DNA from: Clostridia bacterium
GTDB taxonomy: Bacteria > Bacillota > Clostridia > Oscillospirales > CAG-272
DNA: 64,000 nucleotides
Direction: 5' to 3'
Assembly (NCBI GenBank): GCA_017415805.1
Contig: JAFQEC010000038.1
Coordinates: forward strand, 1,335 to 65,334
Shown: positions 34,754 through 44,032 of the stretch, in pieces
How the letters are laid out: the number at the start of each line of letters is the position of its first letter
How positions within the stretch are numbered: position 1 is the stretch's first letter
The notes under the pieces: generated by a model
Seen by the model: the letters and a program-made list of their open reading frames with translations, nothing else
Told to the model about the DNA's origin: nothing
Database searches by the model: none
Program-made: the position numbers and the translations under genes

Positions 34754-37700
34754 ATGAAAAAGAAATTTATGTCGCGTTTTCTTTGCGCGCTCTTATCTGT
34801 GCTGATGCTGGTGAGCATCGTGCCCGCGATCGCAGTTTCGGCAGAGACTGCGGCCGCCGAGGACGAGGAAGAGCTCGATTACACCAAGATCCCGTATGAG
34901 AGTGCCGAGGCGCGCTTGGCTGCGATGACATGCTGCTACAACAGTGAGCGCTATGCACTTTACTGCGATGAGATGCTCGGTGTCGTGGGATATCTGGACA
35001 AAAAGACGGGTGAGACGCTGTTTACCAATCCTTGGAACATGATGGCCGAGGAAAATACGGATGCAAGCGTGCGCAATGAGCTGATGTCACAGATCATTAT
35101 GACCTATATCCGCAACGACGCCAAGGACGTGGAGGTCCTGCTGAACAGCTATGCAGACGCCGCGATCAAGGGCCAGATCATTACCAAGCCCATCAAAAGC
35201 GGTATTCGCGTAGAATACGCGATCGGTGAGCGCTCGGCCCGTATTCTGGTGCCGATGATCATCGAGCGTGAGGCCTTCATCGAGAAGGTCGCCAATCCGC
35301 TCATCGAGGCACTTGGATACGCTAAGGCGTACCGCGAGGTGCTGGCCTACTTCAACCCCGTGGAATACACCACGGCAAAGGGTGATCTGCAGCAGCAGAT
35401 CGTCAACAACTATCCCGTAACCGCAGAGAAGGGCATCAACCTTTACGTATTCAATCACCGCGACAAGCAGGTTGCCACGATGCGTAAGATCGAAGCCTAT
35501 ATTCTGCAGTATTGTCCCAATTACTCCTTTGAGGAGATGGACAACGACTACGCATATGTCAATTATTCCGAGGCGTCCACCTCTCCTGCCGTTTTCAAGA
35601 TGGCACTGGAGTACACGGTTTCCGAGGATGGCAGCCTGCTTGTCACGCTGCCCGCAAACGGCCTTCGCTACGATGAGGAGGTCTACCGTATTGTGGATCT
35701 TCAGATCCTGCCCTATATGGGTGCAAAGCTCAAGAGCAACGAGGGCAAGACCGGTGAGGAGGGCTACTCCTTCATTCCCGACGGCTCGGGAACGACCTAC
35801 AAGCTCTCGACCTCGGATCTGTTTTCGGCCCGTGTGTACGGTGACGATTTCGCACTGATGAACGGTATCGAGGGCCTGCACAGCGAGACCATTCGCGTTC
35901 CGGTCTTCGGCCAGGTCGATGCGGTGTATGACAAGGAGACCGATACCACCACGCGTAGCGGTTATCTTGCGATCATCGAGGACGGTGCTTCGCTTGCCTC
36001 GATCTACCCCAACCATCAATCCTATCAGGACTACACCTCGGTTTATGCGACCTTTATCACTCGCCAGAGCGATAAGACCGATTCGAACTGGGATGTGTAT
36101 GCAGGCCGTCGCTATACGGAGGACTACGCCATTCGCTACATTCTTCTCACCGACGATCCGAAGACCGAGGAAGAGGCGGAGCGCATCGGCAGCTACTATG
36201 AGTGCACCTGGATGGGTATGGCGTGTGCATACCGCGATTACCTTGCCCGTACCAACAAGGGCTTCCAGCGTCTGACGGAAGAGGACATCAATCCCGCGCA
36301 GATCCCGCTTTACATTGAGACCTTCGGTTGCATGGATACTGTCGAGAAGGTGCTTTCCATGCCCGTTACCGTTTCGGTGGCACTCACCACCTTCGATCAG
36401 GTTGGTGAGATGTATGACTTCCTCTCGGGCGGCGAGAACGGTATCGTGAATGTCAATTTCAAGCTGAAGGGCTTTGCAAACGGCGGCCTTTACTCCGACG
36501 TGCCGTATAAGCTCAAGTGGGAGAGTGCAGTCGGCGGAAAGTCCGATTTCAAGGATCTCATTGAGAAGGCCGTGGAGCAGGGCTTTGGCGTGTATCCCGA
36601 CTTTGACTTCGTTTACACCACGCAGGCAGACGGCGGGAATGCCGTGAACATGAAGAAGAACGCTGCGCGCACCGTGGATAACCGCTATACCTCAAAGCGC
36701 GTATATTTCGCAACAAAGCAGGATCTGGTCAGCTACTATCAGATGGTTCTTGCACCGGCAACCTACAGCAAATTCTATGAAAAGCTCGAAAAGCGCTACG
36801 CGAAGTACGAGGGCGCTACCGGTATTTCGCTGTCCACCTTCGGCAATGCGCTGAACGCGGACTATGACGAGGAGAAGACGTCGCTTCGCGAGGAAACCAT
36901 GGATTATGTGACCGAAGCGCTCGCATATTTCAAGGATCGCAACTACGACATTATGCTGGAGGGCGGCAACGCTTACACATGGAACTATGCCGACCATATT
37001 CTGAACGCACCGCTTGATTCGAGCCGTTACAACAAGGAGCTCGCAGCTGTTCCGTTCGTTGGTGTGGTTCTGCACGGATATGTCGAGTTCGCAGGCTCCG
37101 CACTCAATATGGAGGGCGACATCGGCTATGCGATGCTCAAGGCCATGGAGAATGGCGCGTCGATCTATTTTGTTCTTTCGTATGCCAATACCGAGCTGCT
37201 CAAGGAGGATGTGCTTCTCTCGCAGAACTATTCGGTTCGTTACGATATTTGGCAGAATCGCTTGGTTGAGATCTATCACGAGCTCAACGACGTGCTCTTT
37301 GACGTGCAGACCAAGCTGATCATCGGCTATGAGCGTCTTGCGGGTACGCGTGTTCCCGATGCAGATGAGCTTCTCTCGGATATTTTGCAGGATGCGCAGG
37401 ATAAGGCCGATGCCATCGAGGATCTGATCGTGCAGAACAAGGGCGACCGTCAGCAGGCCATCCAAAATGCACAAAAGAATGTTGCGGATGCAAAGCAGAC
37501 CATCGTTTCCGCAAAAGCCCCCTTCAAATATGACGTGGATGCGATTGATCCCCGCGGCTCCCATACGGCTGCAAACGATTTTATCAATGCATGGGATGCC
37601 TACAAAAACGCTTCGGATGAGGAGAAGGATGCAAAGCTTGCAGCCCTGCGCTCCGCATTCAGCAGCAAGATCGTGCAAACCTATGCAAGTGCAGGCTCTT

Positions 37701-38431
37701 ATCTGACCCGTGTTGGCAATGCGTTGGTCTCGGCCAAGCAGGGCTACGATCATCTGCGTGCGGCTGCTGCACAGGGCTATTACAAGGATACCCTGCTCAC
37801 AAAAGCAGCTACGCAGCTGGAAGAAGCCATTGATGAATATCTCGATTTCTATAACATGTACCATGCAGGTAAGTTTGTAGGACTTGAGTGGACGTACGAG
37901 ACGCTTTATACGCTCACCGCACAGCAGAAGGCGGACTTTGTTGCACAGGACCTTTCGGGTCTGACCGCAGAGGAGGTTCTTGCGCAGTTCCACGGGCTTC
38001 TGCCCGCTGTCACGCCTGTGTCGGTTTCGCAGCAGGATGCCATCGACTTTGTGCGCGGCGAGCTTGCGGACAGCTCTGCATACGCTGTGCTGAGCATGGA
38101 TGCCATCTGGGAGGCTTATAAGCTTGCTCTTGAGGCGGACGGTCTGTACGATCCCGACGACTCCGCAAGCTCGGCTGTGGATATCGATGCAATGTATGCG
38201 GCGACCCAAACGCCCGTCACTCCCCCGTCGGAGAACGAGGGTGACGACGATACGGACGAGGGCTACAACAAGTACATGATCGATAACAGCATCGTCCGCG
38301 TCACCTACGGCGAGGGCAAGACCGCATTCAAGACCTTGATCCTCAATTTCAACGATTATACTGTCCGTACCGTCTATAACGGTGTGACCTACACCATTGA
38401 GGCCTACGGATACGTTGAGATCTATCACTGA
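34754..38431 (+). CDS. 1225-aa secreted protein of unknown function (from memory resembles the DUF5696-type proteins that accompany such ABC loci; possibly glycosidase-like)
   Basis: Signal peptide is MKKKFMSRFLCALLSVLMLVSIVPAIAVSA|E. No catalytic motif was recognised by eye. The central region IETFGCMDTV...GFGVYPDFDFVY looks like a TIM barrel. Confidence 0.6.
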   Translation: MKKKFMSRFLCALLSVLMLVSIVPAIAVSAETAAAEDEEELDYTKIPYESAEARLAAMTCCYNSERYALYCDEMLGVVGYLDKKTGETLFTNPWNMMAEENTDASVRNELMSQIIMTYIRNDAKDVEVLLNSYADAAIKGQIITKPIKSGIRVEYAIGERSARILVPMIIEREAFIEKVANPLIEALGYAKAYREVLAYFNPVEYTTAKGDLQQQIVNNYPVTAEKGINLYVFNHRDKQVATMRKIEAYILQYCPNYSFEEMDNDYAYVNYSEASTSPAVFKMALEYTVSEDGSLLVTLPANGLRYDEEVYRIVDLQILPYMGAKLKSNEGKTGEEGYSFIPDGSGTTYKLSTSDLFSARVYGDDFALMNGIEGLHSETIRVPVFGQVDAVYDKETDTTTRSGYLAIIEDGASLASIYPNHQSYQDYTSVYATFITRQSDKTDSNWDVYAGRRYTEDYAIRYILLTDDPKTEEEAERIGSYYECTWMGMACAYRDYLARTNKGFQRLTEEDINPAQIPLYIETFGCMDTVEKVLSMPVTVSVALTTFDQVGEMYDFLSGGENGIVNVNFKLKGFANGGLYSDVPYKLKWESAVGGKSDFKDLIEKAVEQGFGVYPDFDFVYTTQADGGNAVNMKKNAARTVDNRYTSKRVYFATKQDLVSYYQMVLAPATYSKFYEKLEKRYAKYEGATGISLSTFGNALNADYDEEKTSLREETMDYVTEALAYFKDRNYDIMLEGGNAYTWNYADHILNAPLDSSRYNKELAAVPFVGVVLHGYVEFAGSALNMEGDIGYAMLKAMENGASIYFVLSYANTELLKEDVLLSQNYSVRYDIWQNRLVEIYHELNDVLFDVQTKLIIGYERLAGTRVPDADELLSDILQDAQDKADAIEDLIVQNKGDRQQAIQNAQKNVADAKQTIVSAKAPFKYDVDAIDPRGSHTAANDFINAWDAYKNASDEEKDAKLAALRSAFSSKIVQTYASAGSYLTRVGNALVSAKQGYDHLRAAAAQGYYKDTLLTKAATQLEEAIDEYLDFYNMYHAGKFVGLEWTYETLYTLTAQQKADFVAQDLSGLTAEEVLAQFHGLLPAVTPVSVSQQDAIDFVRGELADSSAYAVLSMDAIWEAYKLALEADGLYDPDDSASSAVDIDAMYAATQTPVTPPSENEGDDDTDEGYNKYMIDNSIVRVTYGEGKTAFKTLILNFNDYTVRTVYNGVTYTIEAYGYVEIYH

Positions 38432-38451
38432 GAAAGGGAGGTAGCTTCAAA

Positions 38452-39447
38452 ATGACAGAGCAAGTCAAATTGAATCCGCAGACTTCTGCGGCGGCGGGCA
38501 AGGCGCCCGTCAAAAAGAAGAAGATCGCCTCTCTGGATCGCCGTAAGGCGCGTGCAGGCTGGATCTTTGTGCTGCCGTTCGTGATCGGCTTTGTGCTGGT
38601 TTACATCCCGATCATCTATGAGGCACTTTCCTACAGCTTTTTCAACTATTCTTATCTCGAGAACGGTGCGGTTGTCAAGGAGTTTGTTGGCTTTACACAT
38701 TATTCCACGGCACTCTTTGCAGAGGCCGATTTCGTCCAGACCCTTTTAACGGGTCTGGGTGAAATGGCGTTTGACATTCCTGCAATTCTCATTTTCTCGC
38801 TCTTTATTGCCGTGATCCTCAATCAGAAGATGGCGGGGCGTGCGGTTTTCCGTGCGATCTTCTTCCTGCCCGTTGTGGTTTCGACGGGTATGATGGAGTC
38901 GATCCTGTCGTCGTCCTACAGTGCAGGCAGCGAGGCAATGGAGTTGGGTGGCGCAGAAAGCGCAACCGAGAAGCTGGCATCCTCGCTCGCATTGGAGCAG
39001 CTGCTGATGTCGGTGTTCGAGAGCCTTGGATTTGGTGTGGGCCTGGTGGAATACATTGTACAGATGGTTGCGGAGATCGCGAGCATCGTCAATCGCTCGG
39101 GTGTTCAGATCCTGATCTTCCTTGCGTCGTTGCAGTCGATCTCGCCTGCCATTTACGAATCCTGTCAGATCGACGGTGCGACCTCGTGGGAGACCTTCTG
39201 GAAGATCACCTTCCCGATGGTGACGCCCATGATCCTCGTGAACGGCGTGTATACGATCATTGACTCCTTTACCACGGATTCCAACTCGGTCATGCGCGTG
39301 ATCGGCGAGACCTACGGTAGCAGCACGAAGGGTGCTCCTCACGTGAGCGCCGCGATGGGTTGGATGTACTTCCTCGTGGTGATGCTGATCGTTGGACTGA
39401 TCGCAGCAATCATGTCTGCGTTCGTCTTCTATCAGCGAAGAGATTGA
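38452..39447 (+). CDS. Carbohydrate ABC transporter permease (second pair, MalF-like)
   Basis: EAA loop is YESCQIDGATSWETFWKITFPMVTP. Confidence 0.85.
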   Translation: MTEQVKLNPQTSAAAGKAPVKKKKIASLDRRKARAGWIFVLPFVIGFVLVYIPIIYEALSYSFFNYSYLENGAVVKEFVGFTHYSTALFAEADFVQTLLTGLGEMAFDIPAILIFSLFIAVILNQKMAGRAVFRAIFFLPVVVSTGMMESILSSSYSAGSEAMELGGAESATEKLASSLALEQLLMSVFESLGFGVGLVEYIVQMVAEIASIVNRSGVQILIFLASLQSISPAIYESCQIDGATSWETFWKITFPMVTPMILVNGVYTIIDSFTTDSNSVMRVIGETYGSSTKGAPHVSAAMGWMYFLVVMLIVGLIAAIMSAFVFYQRRD

Positions 39448-39464
39448 GGAAGGAGGGAATAACT

Positions 39465-40577
39465 ATGACTGAAAACAAAGAATTCAAGCCTCAGATCAAG
39501 CGCGAGACCAAGAACAAGATCCGCGTGGAGTTTGAGCGCACGGATCTCAAGGAGCGCCTGAAGACGAAATATCTTTCGGCCTACTTTGCAAAGCGTGTCA
39601 TTTGGTACATTTTTCGCCTTCTTCTTTTGATCGGCATCGCTTTTGTGGTGATCCAGCCGTTTATTACGATGATCACCAAGTCCTTTATGGCACCCCAGGA
39701 TTTCAGAGATACAACCGTCGTAAACATACCGCGTAACCTTTCGGCCGGTATTTACAAGGCGATCTTTGTGGATCTGCACTATATCAAGGTGTTTTTTACC
39801 ACGATGGGAACCTCACTTGCCTGCGCACTTTTGCAGACTGCATCCTGCTGTCTTGTGGGATACGGTCTTGCCAAGTTCAAGTTCCGCGGCGCAAAGGCGG
39901 TATTCTTCTGCGTGGTGTTGACGCTGATCATCCCGCACGGCTCGCTGCAGGCGGCGATCTTCCAGCGCTTCTCTCGCTTTGATATTCTGGGCATCTTCAA
40001 GTTCCTCTCGGGTACTACGGTGACGGGTATCGGATGGCTGGACAATATCCTTTCCAAGATCCATGTTCTGAACATGCCCATGGGTATTCAGACCACGAAC
40101 TCCATTGCACCCTTGCTGATCCTGTCGGTAACGGGTCTGGCTTTCAAGAACGGTCTGTATATCTTCATGCTGCGTCAGTTCTTCCGCGGTGTGCCCGATG
40201 AGCTGGAGGAATCCGCTTATCTGGACGGTGCAGGAACCTTCCGCACCTTCGTGCAGGTCATTCTTCCCATCTCGATCCCGATGATGGTTACGGTGTTCCT
40301 GCTGGCCTTCTGCTGGCAGTGGACGGATGACTTCTATGTGCCGCTGTTCTTCGTCAAGGATCCGCAGGCGAGCAACCTGATGAACTATCTTGCAAGCGAT
40401 CTGCCTCCCGCCTCGCTGGCGTTGGATTATACGCAGACCACGGGCAAGAGCCCGGAGTTTATGAAGGCCATGGAATATGGCTGTGGCATGATGGCGTGCT
40501 TGCCGCTGATCATCCTGTTCCTGTTCTGCCAGAAGCAGCTGGTTCAGGGTATCGAGCGTTCGGGTATCGTCGGCTGA
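39465..40577 (+). CDS. Carbohydrate ABC transporter permease (second pair, MalG-like, extended N-terminus)
   Basis: ATG at 39465 follows GGAAGGAGGG. EAA loop is EESAYLDGAGTFRTFVQVILPISIP. Confidence 0.85.
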   Translation: MTENKEFKPQIKRETKNKIRVEFERTDLKERLKTKYLSAYFAKRVIWYIFRLLLLIGIAFVVIQPFITMITKSFMAPQDFRDTTVVNIPRNLSAGIYKAIFVDLHYIKVFFTTMGTSLACALLQTASCCLVGYGLAKFKFRGAKAVFFCVVLTLIIPHGSLQAAIFQRFSRFDILGIFKFLSGTTVTGIGWLDNILSKIHVLNMPMGIQTTNSIAPLLILSVTGLAFKNGLYIFMLRQFFRGVPDELEESAYLDGAGTFRTFVQVILPISIPMMVTVFLLAFCWQWTDDFYVPLFFVKDPQASNLMNYLASDLPPASLALDYTQTTGKSPEFMKAMEYGCGMMACLPLIILFLFCQKQLVQGIERSGIVG

Positions 40578-40595
40578 TTACAGCTTTACCAAAAC

Positions 40596-40628
40596 AAAAA
40601 AGCATCTGCCGTTGGCAGATGCTTTTTT
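40596..40628. terminator. Bidirectional terminator between the ABC locus and glpK
   Basis: AAAAAAGCATCTGCC-gtt-GGCAGATGCTTTTTT. Confidence 0.9.
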
Positions 40629-40636
40629 GTTGCTTG

Positions 40637-42130
40637 TTACTCCGTGACCCAGTGGCGTGCGCGCTCCACAGCGCGATGCCAGTCGGCCAGCCGCTTTTTA
40701 CGCACGGCGTGTCCGACGGAGGGTGAGAAGGTGCGTTCGGTGCGCGTGAGCGCGCGGATTTCATCGAGGTCGCGGTAAAGACCGATGGCAAGCCCTGCCA
40801 GATTTGCCGCGCCCAGAGCCGTGGTTTCAATGCAGGCGGGACGTTGCACGGGGATGCCCAACAGGTCACTTTGCATGGAGAGCAGCAGATCGTTGGCCGA
40901 AGCGCCGCCGTCTACGCGCAGTGCGGGGATGCTGGCTTGGGCATCCTCACGCATGGCGGCAAGCACGTCTGCGGTCTGAAAGGCCATCGCCTCGAGTGTG
41001 GCGCGCACGAGATGCGCGCGGGTCGTGCCGCGCGAGATGCCGACGACCGTGCCACGCGCATACGGATCCCAGTAAGGGGCACCAAGCCCCGTCAGAGCAG
41101 GCACAAAATACACACCTGCCGTATCGGGAACACTCTTTGCAACGGCCTCACTTTCGGCCGACGAGGAAAGCAGCCCCAGCCCGTCGCGCAGCCACTGAAT
41201 CGCCGCACCGCAAACGAAGACCGAGCCCTCCAGCACGTATGTAACCTTGTCACCGATCTGCCAGCCGATCGTGGTGAGCAGACCGTTTTGCGAGGTGATC
41301 GCACGCTCGCCCGTGTTCATCAGCAAAAAACCGCCCGTGCCGTATGTATTTTTGACCGATCCCGCTTCAAAGCAGCACTGACCGAAAAGTGCCGCCTGCT
41401 GATCGCCTGCCACGCCTGTGATGGGGATCGGCGCGCCAAGAAGTGCGGCATCGGTCGTGCCGAAAAGCCCTGCCGAGGGCTTGACCTCGGGGAGCATACA
41501 GGCAGGGATGTCAAAGAGCTCCAGCAGCTCGGTATCCCACGCGAGGGTGTGAATGTTAAACAGCATCGTGCGCGCGGCGTTCGAGGGGTCGGTGGCGTGG
41601 ACACGGCCGCCCGTGAGACGCCAGATCAAATAGGTATCCACCGTGCCGAACAGCAGCTCACCGCGCACGGCGCGTGCGCGCGCTCCCTCTACATGGGACA
41701 GGATCCATTCCAGCTTGGTGGCCGAGAAATACGCGTCGATGGGCAGCCCTGTTTTGTCACGGATCGCTTGCGCATACCCTTGCGCACGCAGCTCGTCACA
41801 GCGCGCGGCCGTGCGACGGCATTGCCAAACGATGGCGGGGCAGATCGCCCGCCCTGTTTCCCTGTCCCATACAACGGTGGTCTCGCGCTGATTGGTGATG
41901 CCGATGCAGGCAATGTCGGTTGCCGAAAGGCCTGCTTTTGCAAGTGCCTCGCGTGCCGCGGTCAGCTGTGTGGAGAAGATCTCCTCGGCATCGTGCTCCA
42001 CCCAGCCCTCGTTGGGGAAGTGCTGTGTAAATTCATGTGCCGCGAGCGAGACGATGTTGCCCGTGCGGTCAAAGATGATACAGCGCGAGCTGGTGGTTCC
42101 TTGGTCCAGTGCCATGCGATACTGCTTCAT
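40637..42130 (-). CDS. glpK: Glycerol kinase
   Basis: [21 protein letters not shown]...[13 protein letters not shown]...[10 protein letters not shown] are FGGY-family signatures. Confidence 0.95.
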   Translation of the reverse strand: MKQYRMALDQGTTSSRCIIFDRTGNIVSLAAHEFTQHFPNEGWVEHDAEEIFSTQLTAAREALAKAGLSATDIACIGITNQRETTVVWDRETGRAICPAIVWQCRRTAARCDELRAQGYAQAIRDKTGLPIDAYFSATKLEWILSHVEGARARAVRGELLFGTVDTYLIWRLTGGRVHATDPSNAARTMLFNIHTLAWDTELLELFDIPACMLPEVKPSAGLFGTTDAALLGAPIPITGVAGDQQAALFGQCCFEAGSVKNTYGTGGFLLMNTGERAITSQNGLLTTIGWQIGDKVTYVLEGSVFVCGAAIQWLRDGLGLLSSSAESEAVAKSVPDTAGVYFVPALTGLGAPYWDPYARGTVVGISRGTTRAHLVRATLEAMAFQTADVLAAMREDAQASIPALRVDGGASANDLLLSMQSDLLGIPVQRPACIETTALGAANLAGLAIGLYRDLDEIRALTRTERTFSPSVGHAVRKKRLADWHRAVERARHWVTE

Positions 42131-42131
42131 T

Positions 42132-42644
42132 TTAAGCCTCCTCTGTGCGCTCGGTGGGAGTTGTGAGCCGTCCGCTACGCTTTGCGCGCAAGCGGCGGAT
42201 GCGTAAGGTGGGGATAAGGGTCACGGCATAATTGATGCCGTCTACCGCGGTGTAGGCAAGAACACCGTAGCGCTCGCGGTAGTTCTCCACGGCGGTGCAG
42301 AAAAAGTCCTCAGGCACGCCGAACCACTCGGCAAATTCCCATGCGGCACGGCAGCCCGACAGATGTGCGCGCACCAGCCCCTCGGTGCTGATCAGTCGGT
42401 CAAAGGTGCGCTCGCGCACGCGGCGCTCCATGCGCCGATCCTGCAAAATATTGCCTGCCGAGTGGGCGGCGTGTGCGATCTCCTCACACAGGATGACGGT
42501 GCGCTCGGCCTCGGTCTCCACTTGCTCGCTGATGGCGATGGTATCGTCACAGCAAAGCCCGCGGATGCGCGGGGAGTCAAACGGATATTTTTCAATTACG
42601 GTAAGGCCCTTTTCCAGAGCCTCATCGAGCAGCTTTTCGTACAC
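42132..42644 (-). CDS. ImmA/IrrE-like protein with a variant metal motif (EEIAH where HExxH is expected)
   Basis: 170 aa. The context [33 protein letters not shown] parallels ImmA-family ...LAHELGHA.... Its stop is 1 nt from the glpK start, and the glpK RBS AGAGGAGG lies in its last codons. Confidence 0.55.
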   Translation of the reverse strand: MYEKLLDEALEKGLTVIEKYPFDSPRIRGLCCDDTIAISEQVETEAERTVILCEEIAHAAHSAGNILQDRRMERRVRERTFDRLISTEGLVRAHLSGCRAAWEFAEWFGVPEDFFCTAVENYRERYGVLAYTAVDGINYAVTLIPTLRIRRLRAKRSGRLTTPTERTEEA

Positions 42645-42656
42645 GGGGTCACCTCC

Positions 42657-42965
42657 TCAATGCGCGCGCTTGGATTTGACAAAGCGCACGAAATCCGCGA
42701 TCTCGCGCAGCTCCTCCTCGGAAAACTCCTCACCCTCAAAGTGTGCGGCCAGCGTGTGCGGCTGATCCTCCCAGCCCGTGAGGTAAGCAGGGGTGACGCC
42801 AAGTGCGCGTGCCAGCCTTTCCAATGCTTCGGTGGGTACCTTGTCAGTGAGGCCCGTGGCGTAGCGGTGCACCGCCGATTTGGTCAGGCCCGTGGCGGCG
42901 GCAAGCTCGCCGTAGGAGAGATTTCTGTGCTCCATCAGAGTGCGAATACGGTCACAAACAGTCAT
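42657..42965 (-). CDS. XRE-family helix-turn-helix repressor
   Basis: MTVCDRIRTLMEHRNLSYGELAAATGLTKSAVHRYATG is an HTH_3-like region. Start chosen at M21 of the track ORF. Confidence 0.8.
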   Translation of the reverse strand: MTVCDRIRTLMEHRNLSYGELAAATGLTKSAVHRYATGLTDKVPTEALERLARALGVTPAYLTGWEDQPHTLAAHFEGEEFSEEELREIADFVRFVKSKRAH

Positions 42966-43058
42966 GATACGGTCTGCCTTTCTGCCCGCTTTTGCGGGCA
43001 TTCTTCTGATTTTATTGTAGCGCAAACATGCGCGTGCGTCAAGCGGCCGTCACGAAAT

Positions 43059-43147
43059 TGAGACGAATTTACAGTTTGTTCATATCTGAGTCCTTGACAA
43101 AGCGCAGGATGTGTTGTATGCTATAATCGTCCCGAAAATGAGACGAA
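43059..43147 (+). promoter_or_regulatory. Two direct copies of TGAGACGAA bracketing the rightward promoter (candidate repressor operators)
   Basis: Copies at 43059-43067 and 43139-43147. A partial inverted copy, CGTCTCA, lies at 43225-43231. Confidence 0.4.
43094..43122 (+). promoter_or_regulatory. Rightward promoter of the phage-derived gene block
   Basis: TTGACA, 17-nt spacer, TATGCT, overlapping a second TATAAT. Confidence 0.55.
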
Positions 43148-43256
43148 CTGGCGAAAAGCGGCGTGTAAAGCGCGCTTGCACGCAAGATTTGTCTCGAAAT
43201 CAAGACGGATGCTTGCACGACAAGCGTCTCAAAAACGAAACGAAAGGAGAAGGGAT

Positions 43257-43451
43257 ATGCCGATTGCAGGAATGTGTCCGTACTACCGTTATGAGAAAGC
43301 AGGGGTGACCTATTGCGAATGTGCCGATCTGCACTTTCCCGACAAGGAGTCGCGGCGCGACATCGTGTATGCTTACTGCGCCCACCCCACCGACTATTGC
43401 CGTTGCCCACTCAAGGGTGCGATGGACGGCTACTACGAAAGGAGTCTTTGA
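43257..43451 (+). CDS. Small Cys/His-rich protein (64 aa), possible zinc-binding
   Basis: MPIAGMCPYYRYEKAGVTYCECADLHFPDKESRRDIVYAYCAHPTDYCRCPLKG. ATG follows AAAGGAGAAGGG. Confidence 0.6.
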   Translation: MPIAGMCPYYRYEKAGVTYCECADLHFPDKESRRDIVYAYCAHPTDYCRCPLKGAMDGYYERSL

Positions 43452-43452
43452 A

Positions 43453-43788
43453 ATGAAGAAAAAAAGAAGCACGGATTCAGACGGTCGGCACGCATATATG
43501 CTGGCCTGGCGCGACCGTATGATCGAAAAGCAAAAACAGATCATACAGGGGCAGGGCGAGCAGCTTGCACTGCTGGAGTCGCTGCTCGCGCTTGCGCTGA
43601 CAAGGGCGGCACGGGCGGCGGATGCGGAAAACGGCGTGCGCGAGATCGCGATCCCGAAGGCAGAGCTTGCGGCAGAGCTTGGCCGCTGGGAGAGCGCGGT
43701 GCGTGACGGGGGTACATGCTATACCGTGACCTTTACGCGCCGTGCAAACGTCCCCGATGGCAAGGACGAAGCGCGCGGGGCGCAGTGA
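43453..43788 (+). CDS. Hypothetical protein (111 aa)
   Basis: ATG follows AAAGGAG. Tightly packed with neighbouring genes. No recognisable motif. Confidence 0.55.
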   Translation: MKKKRSTDSDGRHAYMLAWRDRMIEKQKQIIQGQGEQLALLESLLALALTRAARAADAENGVREIAIPKAELAAELGRWESAVRDGGTCYTVTFTRRANVPDGKDEARGAQ

Positions 43789-44032
43789 GAGCGCGTGCGC
43801 GGTACGCGAGGAGGGACGTCGGCTTTTGCAGGAGCGCGCGCCCGAGGCGGTGGCGTTTCTGGTGCGTATCATGAACGATGAGGAGCAGAAGACCGAGCTG
43901 CGCATGAAGGCGGCGGAGAGTATTCTGGACCGTGCCTGCGGAAAGGCTACGGCTGCCCTGCCGGAGGGCACGGTGGCGGCGGGAGTGGAGACGGTGCGCT
44001 TTGAGGGGGTGTTGGACGAGTGGAGTCAATGA
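43757..44032 (+). CDS. Small terminase-like protein (only the C-terminal part of Terminase_2-type TerS is recognisable)
   Basis: The position immediately upstream of TerL supports the call. IMNDEEQKTELRMKAAESILDRACGK resembles the conserved TerS C-terminal helix (from memory). The start is uncertain (43742 or 43757). Confidence 0.4.
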   Translation: MARTKRAGRSESACAVREEGRRLLQERAPEAVAFLVRIMNDEEQKTELRMKAAESILDRACGKATAALPEGTVAAGVETVRFEGVLDEWSQ

